DNA of 64,000 nucleotides from an uncultured bacterium (GTDB lineage: Bacteria > Planctomycetota > UBA1135 > GCA-002686595). Shown in pieces: positions 26,342 to 36,538 of this stretch. Both the position numbers and the translations under genes were made by a program. The stretch lies in contig CALSNU010000001.1 of assembly GCA_943787795.1 (NCBI GenBank), forward strand, positions 1,248,001-1,312,000, read 5' to 3'. The notes beneath the pieces were generated by a model. The model did not search any database. It was not told the DNA's origin and saw only the letters and a program-made list of their open reading frames with translations. Positions within the stretch are counted from its first letter, which is position 1. Each line of letters opens with the position of its first letter.

Positions 26342-27244
26342 TCAGATGCCCCCGTGAGCGTGGACCGCCCACATCAGCGTCACTCCGGCCACCAGCAAGC
26401 CGAGCTTCAGCGGGCCGTCCTGGCGGCGGTGGAAGACCTCGGGAAGCAGCTCGCAGAGGCAGACGTAGAGGAAGGTGCCGGCGGCCAGGGAGGTGAGGAT
26501 CGAGATGCCTCCGCCCAGCAGGCCCGTGAGGGCCCCTCCCATCAGCAGCCCGAGGGGCGTGACCAGCGAGAAGGCCACCAGGAGGGCGATGAGCCGACCC
26601 CGGCTGATCTCGGTCATGGAGAAGACCGAGGCGAGGGAGAAGGACTCGAACCCCTTGTGGGCGAGGATCGCCAGGAGCATGACGCCGGCGAGTCGCTCCT
26701 CGCCCTGGACGGCCGCGAGGGCGACGCCGGCGGTCAGGGAGTGCACGCTGAGCCCGACGAGGGCCGCCCACCCCACGGCGGCGTGGCGCTGGGCGTCGTC
26801 GTGGCCGTGCCCATGGCCATGAGTGGAGCCCGGGATCATCAGGGCCTCCACGAGGAAGACACCGAGCACGCCGACGAGGACCCACAGCCAGGGGCCGACA
26901 GGGCCGTGCACATGACCGGCGTGGGCGCCGTGGTCATGGTCATGGTCGTGATCTTCGACGCTCTCTTCGGACTCTCCCTCGTAGCCCGGTGAGCCGGGCC
27001 CGTGGTCAGGGACACCGTCTCCGTCGTGGTCGTGGATGAGATCCACAACCTGCTCGTGGACGTGCCCGTGATCCGCGCTCGCCTCCTGCCCGATCACGGG
27101 CAGAAGGTGGAGGAAGACTGCGCCCAGGAAGATGCCTGTGGAGAAGGCGAGCGCTGCGTGGTGACCCCGGTCCTTCCACTTGAGGAAGAGGGGGGCGAGG
27201 CCGCCCACGAGGCCAACGGCGAAGATGGCGAGTGCCTGGAGCAT
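26342..27244 (-). CDS. ZIP family metal (Zn/Fe/Mn) transporter
   Basis: AFSTGIFLG..FLHLLP, two His-rich loops, GLSVHSLTAGVALA, AILAHKGFES, FSLVTPLG, AAGTFLYV...ELLPE. Start at ATG 27244. Confidence 0.92.
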   Translation of the reverse strand: MLQALAIFAVGLVGGLAPLFLKWKDRGHHAALAFSTGIFLGAVFLHLLPVIGQEASADHGHVHEQVVDLIHDHDGDGVPDHGPGSPGYEGESEESVEDHDHDHDHGAHAGHVHGPVGPWLWVLVGVLGVFLVEALMIPGSTHGHGHGHDDAQRHAAVGWAALVGLSVHSLTAGVALAAVQGEERLAGVMLLAILAHKGFESFSLASVFSMTEISRGRLIALLVAFSLVTPLGLLMGGALTGLLGGGISILTSLAAGTFLYVCLCELLPEVFHRRQDGPLKLGLLVAGVTLMWAVHAHGGI

Positions 27245-27252
27245 GGGGGGGA

Positions 27253-28863
27253 TCAGGTGCCGCGACGGAGGACGACGGTCTTGATGGTCGAGATCAGGAT
27301 CGAGAGGTCGAACAGGACGCTGTAGTTCTTGATGTAGAACAGATCGTACTGGAGCTTGTGGAGCGCGTCTTCTTCGGTGTTTCCGTACGGGTAGTTCGTC
27401 TGAGCCCACCCGGTCACGCCGGGCTTCACGATGTGGCGCAGCCGGAAGTAGGGGATTCGGGCCGCAAGCTGATCGACGAAGTGCTGCCGCTCCGGGCGGG
27501 GGCCGACCAGGGACATCGAGCCGGAGAGCACGTTGAAGAGCTGCGGGAGCTCGTCGAGGCGGGTCTTGCGCATGAAGCTCCCGAAGCGCGTGATGCGGGG
27601 GTCGTCCTCCGAGGCCCACACAGGGCCGCTCAGCTTCTCCGCGTCGGCGCGCATGGACCGGAACTTCATGAGCACGAACGGGCGGCCGTCCTGCCCGACG
27701 CGTTCCTGCGTGAACAGGATCGGTCCGGGGGAGGTGAGCCGCACGATGATGGCGACGATCACCATCACCCACCAGAGCAGCAGCAGCATGACGGCCGAGA
27801 CGACGACGTCATTGACGCGCTTGAGGAGGGCCGCGAAGGGGTGACGGCGGAAGCCCTCGTTGAAGATCAGGTACGAGGGGCGCATGGCGGCGACGGCGAT
27901 CCGTCCCGTGACCTGCTCGTAGACCTCCTCCCGCTCTCGGACCTCGACCCCCGCGAGGCGGGCGCGGAGCAGGTCCTCGATGGGCAGGGTCAGGCGCCGG
28001 TCGTCGAGCGCCACGACGATCATCTCGATCCGGAGCTTCTCGAGGAGCTCAGGGAGGCTCTCCTCCCCTGGCGCTCGTCCGCCCGTCGAGTGCGGGTCGT
28101 CCAGGCCGCGGCTCAGGAGGTCCACCCCGTGGAAGACGAGCGATCTCGACGCCTCCGAGGCCTTGTCCTCCGACGCGGTGATGGGGGATTCGATGTGGTC
28201 TGCCCTTCGCCTCAGGGAAGCCGACTCCGGCTCGGGTACGAGACCCACCACCCTGAAGCCCGCCTCGGGGTGGGCGAGGACCTGGTTCGCGAGGGCGTGT
28301 GCGGGCCCCCTCGAGCCGAGGATCAGCATCCGGACGTCGAGGTCGGCTCGCCGAACGAAGGCGTGATAGGCGAAGCGCTCGAGGTAGAGGAGCACGAAGC
28401 CCACAGCGCTCGTGGCGACCAGCACCTGGATCTTCTGCGAGAGGCCGAGCCCGGGGAAGGCGTAGATCAGGTCGGCGCCGAGCAGATGGCTCACGATCAC
28501 GAGCGCCGTGGAAAGGGCGATGCCGATGCCGGCGGACTCCACGAATCTCGAGGCGCGCTCATAGCGAGAGGCCGAGACCTGGAACTCGTAGAGTCGATTG
28601 AGCCCGATGGAGAGCAGCGACGTGGCCGTGACCAGCCCCGCGGAGAACGCGGCACGATAGGCCGCGTCCTGTGGGAGGAGGCTCTTCCGTGTGAGTGCCC
28701 GGGCCACTGCTCGATCCCTAGGGTCACTGCTCGCAGGGTCGGTCAGCAGGTCCCAAAGGTGCTGCGTCATACCCGCCGTCATGACGGCATAGAGCAGCAG
28801 CGCCTCCACGATGACGAGGAGGAACGTGCGGACGGGGAAGTAGTGCTGTAGGACGCGCAGCAT
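27253..28863 (-). CDS. Polyprenyl-phosphate glycosyl-1-phosphate (priming) transferase, exosortase-A/PEP-CTERM-associated type
   Basis: N-terminal TM helices, IVVALDDRR..LP, LLKRV.D, QERVG..G..F...KFRSM, DPRIT.FG..MRKTRLDELPQL.NVL.G.MSLVGPRPER, KPGVTGWAQ, KLQYDLFYIKN. Confidence 0.92.
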   Translation of the reverse strand: MLRVLQHYFPVRTFLLVIVEALLLYAVMTAGMTQHLWDLLTDPASSDPRDRAVARALTRKSLLPQDAAYRAAFSAGLVTATSLLSIGLNRLYEFQVSASRYERASRFVESAGIGIALSTALVIVSHLLGADLIYAFPGLGLSQKIQVLVATSAVGFVLLYLERFAYHAFVRRADLDVRMLILGSRGPAHALANQVLAHPEAGFRVVGLVPEPESASLRRRADHIESPITASEDKASEASRSLVFHGVDLLSRGLDDPHSTGGRAPGEESLPELLEKLRIEMIVVALDDRRLTLPIEDLLRARLAGVEVREREEVYEQVTGRIAVAAMRPSYLIFNEGFRRHPFAALLKRVNDVVVSAVMLLLLWWVMVIVAIIVRLTSPGPILFTQERVGQDGRPFVLMKFRSMRADAEKLSGPVWASEDDPRITRFGSFMRKTRLDELPQLFNVLSGSMSLVGPRPERQHFVDQLAARIPYFRLRHIVKPGVTGWAQTNYPYGNTEEDALHKLQYDLFYIKNYSVLFDLSILISTIKTVVLRRGT

Positions 28864-29194
28864 CGGGGAACGGCGGATGGCCTCTGCCTCACTTATCGGC
28901 CTCGCGGGCGGCGAGCGATGAGCCGAAGGGGGCTCCGTTGATGCGGGAAGATTATTCCCAACCGACCGCGAGCGCAGTCACCGCGGCGGGAAAGCTGGAC
29001 GAGGCGGCGCGGGTCTGTTGAGGCTGGGCGCCCCCGTCGGGCCCCGGGCCTCGCGAAGTCTGGTCCCGGGCCGCGCGAGCTCGGGGACGCTGAGGGAGGC
29101 GGAGCGGTGACGCCACGCCTCCCCCGCGTCCCAGGGAGCGGGCCGAGTGAGGAGGCTCCCCCGTCGCTGGCTCACCTGAGGCGGGGCGCCACCG

Positions 29195-31732
29195 CTAGCG
29201 CCCGCCCTTGTCCATCCCCTCGAGGTCCATCCCCTCGAGGAGATCCCTCAACTCCTTCATGGACTCCGGGTCGAGGGTCCCCCCGTTCTCGGTGGGGGCC
29301 ATGATCTCCCGGGCGCGTTGCAGATCAGAGGGCCGGCGCTCGGCCGGAGCGCTCGCAATGCGCTCTGCTACAGCCTCTCGGTCTTCGAAGGTTGCCTTGT
29401 ACTCCGCGATCTGATCCGGGCTCTGATCTCGCTGCGCGAGCACGTCCTCGATCGCCGCCTGGAGCTGGAGATCCTCGGCGAAGTCACCCATCGGAAGCGC
29501 GCTGCCACGGAGGTCCTGGAAGCGGCGGCGGACGTCGATCCGCAGCAGGAACCGGACGTCCTCATCCGAGAGCGACGTGTCCAGGGAGCCGTACAGGTCG
29601 TCAAACCCGGGGTAGAGCTCGGGGTTGTCAAAGTCGCAGAATGCGAGCTCGCCCATGGTCTCCGGATCCTCGTCGAAGCGCTCCTGGACCCACTCACGCA
29701 GGGCGCGGGTGTCCTGGATACGGCGCATCTCGAGCAGACGCCATGACTCCCGGCGGCGAGGCTCCACCTCGAGGTCGGGGGACACGCCGCCGGCGGACAG
29801 GATGTTGCCCTCCTCGTCGAGCTCCCTGTGGATCGACCGGCCGAGGGGCAGCAGGTAGCGCTCGATGGTCAGCTTGATACGCGGTGCGTAGTCGAACTCT
29901 CCGTCCTCGTCGAAGTCACGGGTGATGGGCTCCCAGTTGTCGCGTCGACCGTTGCGGTTCTCGTCGCCGTACTCGTCGTCTCGCTCGGGTGCGAGCGGGA
30001 TCAGGGACTGGACCGAGCCCTTACCGAAGGAGCGCTGGCCCACGAGCGTGGCGCGCCCGAGGTCCTGGAGTGCTCCGGAGACGATCTCGGAGGCCGAGGC
30101 TGAGAAGCGGTTGATCAAGACCGCCACCGGGATGTCCTCGGGGACGATCGCGGGCATGCGGGTCTTGAACACCTTCGCGTCCCGGAACCGGCTCTCGGTC
30201 TTCACCACCGTCTGCTTTTCCGGGAGAAAGAGGTCTGCGACCTCGCGGGCCTGGGTCAGGAGCCCCCCCGTGTTGTTGCGAAGGTCCAGGATGACGCCGT
30301 TGAGCTCCTCTTGGCCCGATTCACGGGTCAGCTTACGGATCGCCTCGTAGACGTCCTTCGCGGCGTTGCGGCTGAACGTCTGCAGCTCAACGAGCCCGAT
30401 GTCTCCGGGGAGGAGCTGGCTGTGGACGGAGGGGATGCTGATCTGTGCGCGCTCCACGGTGACCTTCATGGCCTCGGTGGGGCGGTCGATCAGGCCCGCG
30501 TCCATGCCACGACGCCAGATGAAGAGCTCTGCGTCGGTCCCGGGCTTGCCCTTGAGGCGCTTGATGACCTCTTCGGTGGGCTCGCCCACGGTGGGCCAGT
30601 CGCCGATGCGGACGATCTTGTCGTCGGTCCCGAGCCCTGCGCGGTAAGCGGGGCCCGAGTAGATGGGCCGGGTGATGGTGAAGAGCCCGTCATCTGGGTC
30701 GTTCTGGACGTACGCGCCGATGCCCCCGTACTCCGCCTCCAGGTCCTGCTCGAACTTCTCGTAGGACTCCGATGAGAAGTAGGACGAGTGTCGGTCGAGC
30801 CGCTTGAGCATGCCCTGCATGGCCGCCTCGAGGAGCGCCTCGCGGTCCACCTTGTCACCCTCAAGGTGGAGCTCCTGGATCAGGGCGATCAGGCGCTCGA
30901 TCCGGGCGAGGTCGTTGGGCAGGTCCCCGCCGAGGCGGCGGTTGCCCTCGTCCCGGCGCATACGGCGAAGGCGCGACTCGTAGAAGCGATCGGCACGCAG
31001 CTGCTCGAGGTAGGCGCGGGAGAGCCGACCTGACTCGCCGGGGAGCTGGGACAGCCGCGCGAGCTCGTCCTCGACGCCGTCCACCTCCTCGACCGCGCCG
31101 ATCTCTGCAAACCCGAGGGCGCCAGCTGCGCGAAGGTTCGGGTCGGAGCTCTCGAGGAAGGAGCCCAGGATCCGACGGGCCGAGGCGATCTGGGATCCGC
31201 GCCCCAGTCGGGTCGCGGCGATCGCGCACGCGACGCGCAGCTCGACGGCGCCCTTGCCGCCGGCTCGCTGGAGGAGCTCTTCTGCGGCCTCGGTCTTTGC
31301 ATCGCGGTCAGAGATCTCCGGCGCGATGGCCCCAAGGAGGTCGGCCGCGGCTCGCGCCAGGTCCGGGTCATCCTCGTCGAGGGCGCCCGCGGTCGCGGTG
31401 GCGATGAGGCCGTGGTCCACGTCATCGCCGTCGAGGCGGAGGGTCACCATGAACAGCAGCCGCCGTGGGTCCTCCTCCCCGGCGCGCAGACGGGCGTCCA
31501 GCTTGGCGTCCATGGCGGCGCCGAGCTCTTCATCCAGGAGGCCCCCGACCCGGGCGGCCTCGCGCCAGATGGCACCAGCGTCCAGGCCCCTGACGGCCTC
31601 GAGCCGATCGTCCAGGATCAAGTCCACCTCATCCTGCAGGGCCGGCAGACCCGTGGTGGGTGCGGGGGCCGTCAGCGGCTGGGAGATGGGTCCCAGGAGG
31701 GCAGGGAGGCAGAGAAGGGCGCTGAAGAGCAT
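29195..31732 (-). CDS. S41 family C-terminal processing peptidase with N-terminal HEAT-like region and PDZ domain
   Basis: LDRHSSY, YGGIG, PAYRAGL..DDKIV.I, ILDLRNNTGGLL, SASASEIVSGALQD, SFGKGSVQ, GVSPD. Confidence 0.92.
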   Translation of the reverse strand: MLFSALLCLPALLGPISQPLTAPAPTTGLPALQDEVDLILDDRLEAVRGLDAGAIWREAARVGGLLDEELGAAMDAKLDARLRAGEEDPRRLLFMVTLRLDGDDVDHGLIATATAGALDEDDPDLARAAADLLGAIAPEISDRDAKTEAAEELLQRAGGKGAVELRVACAIAATRLGRGSQIASARRILGSFLESSDPNLRAAGALGFAEIGAVEEVDGVEDELARLSQLPGESGRLSRAYLEQLRADRFYESRLRRMRRDEGNRRLGGDLPNDLARIERLIALIQELHLEGDKVDREALLEAAMQGMLKRLDRHSSYFSSESYEKFEQDLEAEYGGIGAYVQNDPDDGLFTITRPIYSGPAYRAGLGTDDKIVRIGDWPTVGEPTEEVIKRLKGKPGTDAELFIWRRGMDAGLIDRPTEAMKVTVERAQISIPSVHSQLLPGDIGLVELQTFSRNAAKDVYEAIRKLTRESGQEELNGVILDLRNNTGGLLTQAREVADLFLPEKQTVVKTESRFRDAKVFKTRMPAIVPEDIPVAVLINRFSASASEIVSGALQDLGRATLVGQRSFGKGSVQSLIPLAPERDDEYGDENRNGRRDNWEPITRDFDEDGEFDYAPRIKLTIERYLLPLGRSIHRELDEEGNILSAGGVSPDLEVEPRRRESWRLLEMRRIQDTRALREWVQERFDEDPETMGELAFCDFDNPELYPGFDDLYGSLDTSLSDEDVRFLLRIDVRRRFQDLRGSALPMGDFAEDLQLQAAIEDVLAQRDQSPDQIAEYKATFEDREAVAERIASAPAERRPSDLQRAREIMAPTENGGTLDPESMKELRDLLEGMDLEGMDKGGR

Positions 31733-31926
31733 GCGGAAATGGAGGTTGGAGAGGCCCCGTGCCGGAAAACCGGTCGGCCAGGGGCGGCGCTCAGTTCAGT
31801 ATCGTCGGTCGGGATATGCCAGCGCGAGCGATAGGCGCTCCCGTCGCGCCGACTCTACGATCCTCTGGCCTCGCAATTGGCGAGCGGGGCGCGTCGAGAC
31901 GTAAATCAAACCACCGGGAACGGGCC

Positions 31927-32463
31927 ATGGACGACCAGGACAGCGGAACAGTCGGGGCCGGCGGGCAAGGACCGCCGGCTAACTTGTCGCATATCGACGC
32001 GGGACCCCAGGGGGCGAGGGCGAGGATGGTCGACGTCTCCGGGAAGGCTGCGACGGAGCGCCGCGCGGTGGCGCGGGCGCGCGTGGAGTTTCCCTCCGGC
32101 CTGCTCGAGGTCGTCATGGCCGGCGGCGGGCCCAAGGGGCCGATCGAGGAGGTCGCCAGGGTCGCCGGCGTCATGGCCGCGAAGCGCACGGGGGACCTGA
32201 TCCCAATGTGTCATCCCCTCGGCCTCGATCTGGTCGACGTCCGCTTCTCCTCGGTCGGCCCAGGCGTCCTTGAAGTCACCTGTGAGGCGCGCTGCACCGG
32301 TCCCACAGGTGTCGAGATGGAGGCCATGGTCGGTGCGTCCATGGCGGCTCTGACCGTCTACGACATGACCAAGGGCGCCTCCAAGGCCATACGCCTTGGC
32401 GCGGTCGAGCTCCTCGAGAAGTCGGGCGGGAAGAGCGGTCATTGGACCCGCGGAGAGGGGTGA
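31927..32463 (+). CDS. moaC: Cyclic pyranopterin monophosphate synthase
   Basis: LSHID...ARMVDVSGK..T.R.A.A, KG...VARVAGVMAAKRT.DLIPMCHPL, TGVEMEA, LTVYDM.K, KSGGKSG. Confidence 0.95.
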   Translation: MDDQDSGTVGAGGQGPPANLSHIDAGPQGARARMVDVSGKAATERRAVARARVEFPSGLLEVVMAGGGPKGPIEEVARVAGVMAAKRTGDLIPMCHPLGLDLVDVRFSSVGPGVLEVTCEARCTGPTGVEMEAMVGASMAALTVYDMTKGASKAIRLGAVELLEKSGGKSGHWTRGEG

Positions 32464-32716
32464 GGACGCCGGAGACCCCTTGGAAGGCGGCTCGGCGGGG
32501 TGCTGCTCAGCGGCGGCCTGACGCCTCCAAGGGCCCCTCGACGGTCCACTGGCTTCGATTGCTCCTGGTCAGGGGGCAGATCCCCGCTGCGGGGAGCGCT
32601 ATGGTGGGCGCGGGCTCCCGCCACCGGTGCGGTCGGCGTCGACCGCCCCGCCCAGCGAGTCCATACACGCAGCCAGTCAACAACCCGAGGGCCCGCCAAG
32701 CGGCCCCCGAGACCAC

Positions 32717-33207
32717 ATGGATCTGAAACTCATCCGCAACCTCGTCCGGATCATGGAGCGAGGCGAGGTCGACGAACTCGAGATCGAGGACGACAAGGCC
32801 GGCCTCCGAGTGCACCTCCGTCGCGGCCCCTCGGGCAGCTACGCCCAGCCGTCCGTCATGATGATGCCCGGCGCGACGGCGCCGGGGCCGGCGCCGTCCG
32901 GCGGCGCAGGGCTCCCCGCGGGAAACGGTGACGGGACGTCCACGGAGGCGCCCGCGCGCGCCGCCGGCGTTGAGGAGATCACCTCTCCCATGATCGGTAC
33001 CTTCTACGCCTCGCCGTCCCCCGATTCGGACCCGTTCACCGCCGTGGGGGATCGGATCGGCGACGAGAGCGTCGTCTGCATCATCGAGGCCATGAAGGTC
33101 ATGAACGAGATCAAGGCCGAGTGTTCCGGGGAGATCGTCGAGATCCTCGTCGAGAACGGCGAGCCTGTCGAATACGGCCAGCCCCTCTTCCTCGTCAAGA
33201 CGCGCTG

Positions 33208-33208
<1 letters not shown>
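32717..33208 (+). CDS. accB: Acetyl-CoA carboxylase biotin carboxyl carrier protein
   Basis: [28 protein letters not shown] (biotinyl Lys), [11 protein letters not shown]. Confidence 0.95.
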
Positions 33209-34602
<1,394 letters not shown>

Positions 34603-34630
34603 CGCCGGGAACGAACTCCCACCTGCAGTG

Positions 34631-35473
34631 ATGAACTTCTCCCCGCTTCGTCTCCCCTTGCTGGCCGCGGCCCTCGCCGCGGGTTTGAGCGGGTGCTTTC
34701 TCGACACCCAGAAGTACCCGGGGATGTTGACGCCCCAGACCAATCCGCTGCCCGAGGGTGCGAAGTGGGCGTTCGGACGTGGATCAGAGGAGGCCTTTGT
34801 AATCCGGCACTCGGACCCCGTACGGGTGCGGATCGCCGAGACGAATTCGGTCTACGACCTCTCCTTCTACGAGAAGCGAACGCTGATCCCCGCGGGCTCA
34901 TGGGTGTTCGCTGGGCCGGAGGGCTACGCCGAGATCCTCCTCCCCGGGGATACCCAGGTGGCGCTCCACGGGCGGGGGACCGGCGTGGTCGGCTCTGAGA
35001 GCCGGCGCGAGCCCATCTTCACCCTCCTGGATGTGACCGGCGCGACGGTGAGCTTCGGTGAGGCTGGCCAGGTTGAGCTCCCCGGCGGAGCGATCCTCGA
35101 GGGGTCGTCGGGCCCGTTCTGGGTGGAGACGATCCACCATCGACTCATCCGGGTTCGGAACCGCTCCAACCAGATCGGCCGCGTGGATTACCGCGACGAG
35201 GTCATCCGCCTCGAGCCGAGCGAGACCGTCGAGCTGGCGCTCCTCAGCGACTTCTCGACGCCCTTCGAGCTGGACCCCTCGACCCGCGAGGTGGATTCAC
35301 CCGCGGGGCGAATCGCGCTGCGAGGCCAGGTCGAGGTGCTCTCCGCCGGCTCGGGGAGCGTCCTCCGCGCGACGGGCACCAGCGAGGTCGAGGGGCTCGG
35401 CCTGCGGCTCGAGCTTGATCCAGGCGACGAGGTTCGCCTGGAGTCCCTCGGGCCCGCCAGCAGCGACCAGTGA
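34631..35473 (+). CDS. Hypothetical lipoprotein (beta-rich)
   Basis: Lipobox LSGC after a hydrophobic signal. Fills the gap between accC and uxs in operon orientation. Confidence 0.7.
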   Translation: MNFSPLRLPLLAAALAAGLSGCFLDTQKYPGMLTPQTNPLPEGAKWAFGRGSEEAFVIRHSDPVRVRIAETNSVYDLSFYEKRTLIPAGSWVFAGPEGYAEILLPGDTQVALHGRGTGVVGSESRREPIFTLLDVTGATVSFGEAGQVELPGGAILEGSSGPFWVETIHHRLIRVRNRSNQIGRVDYRDEVIRLEPSETVELALLSDFSTPFELDPSTREVDSPAGRIALRGQVEVLSAGSGSVLRATGTSEVEGLGLRLELDPGDEVRLESLGPASSDQ

Positions 35474-35562
35474 CCGACGGCATGGAACTCCAGCCTCAGC
35501 CGCGACCCCAGGCCTCGCCAGGGCCGTCATCCATCGGGCGATACACCGCGCATACCCAGCAC

Positions 35563-36522
35563 ATGAAACGAGTCCTCATCACCGGCGGCGCCGGGTTCCT
35601 CGGCAGCCACCTCTGCGAGCGCTTCCTGGAGGAGGGCTACGCGGTCATCTGCATGGATAACCTCGTCACGGGCTCGCTCGACAACATCGAGCACCTGTTC
35701 GGCAAGGAGGAGTTCCTCTTCATGCGGCAGGACGTGACGGAGTTCATCCACGTCCCCGGGCGGCTCGATGCTGTCCTGCACTTCGCCTCGCCGGCGAGCC
35801 CCATCGACTACCTGGAGCTTCCGATCCAGACCCTCAAGGTCGGCTCGCTGGGGACTCACAAGGCCCTCGGGCTCGCCCGTGAGAAGGGCGCCCGGTTCCT
35901 GCTCGCCTCCACCTCGGAGTGCTACGGCGACCCCGAGGAGCACCCCCAGAAGGAGTCCTACTGGGGGAACGTGAACCCGGTCGGTCCCCGGGGCGTCTAT
36001 GACGAGGCCAAGCGCTTCGCCGAGGCCATGACCATGGCGTACCACCGCTATCACGGGGTGGAGACTCGCATCATCCGCATCTTCAACACCTACGGTCCGC
36101 GCATGCGGCTGAACGACGGGCGAGCGCTGCCCGCCTTCATGTCCCAGGCCCTCGAGGGCCGCCCCATCACGGTCTTCGGGGACGGCTCACAGACCCGCTC
36201 GTTCTGCTACGTCGATGACCTGGTGGAGGGGATCTGGCGGCTGCTGAACTCCGATGAGCCCGAGCCCACCAACATCGGCAACCCCGCAGAGATGACGATC
36301 CTCGAGTTCGCTCGCAAGGTCGTCGAGCTCACCGGATCCGCCTCGGAGATCTCCTTCCGCGATCTCCCTGAGGATGACCCCAAGGTCCGCCAGCCGGACA
36401 TCACGAAGGCGAGAAGGGTCCTTGGCTGGGAGCCGACCGTCGACCTCGACACCGGGCTCCGGCGGACGCTGGACTACTTCCGAACGAAGGTCGGGGCCAA
36501 GGCGCCGACGACCGGCGCCTGA
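35563..36522 (+). CDS. UDP-glucuronate decarboxylase (UDP-xylose synthase) family SDR
   Basis: [85 protein letters not shown]. Alternative start 35470. Confidence 0.92.
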   Translation: MKRVLITGGAGFLGSHLCERFLEEGYAVICMDNLVTGSLDNIEHLFGKEEFLFMRQDVTEFIHVPGRLDAVLHFASPASPIDYLELPIQTLKVGSLGTHKALGLAREKGARFLLASTSECYGDPEEHPQKESYWGNVNPVGPRGVYDEAKRFAEAMTMAYHRYHGVETRIIRIFNTYGPRMRLNDGRALPAFMSQALEGRPITVFGDGSQTRSFCYVDDLVEGIWRLLNSDEPEPTNIGNPAEMTILEFARKVVELTGSASEISFRDLPEDDPKVRQPDITKARRVLGWEPTVDLDTGLRRTLDYFRTKVGAKAPTTGA

Positions 36523-36538
36523 AAGGCAGGCCTGACGC

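Noticed and set aside
31866..31881. Sigma-54-like TGGCCTCGCAATTGG upstream of moaC
   Set aside because: The -12 element is TTGG rather than TTGC; the invariant GC is missing.
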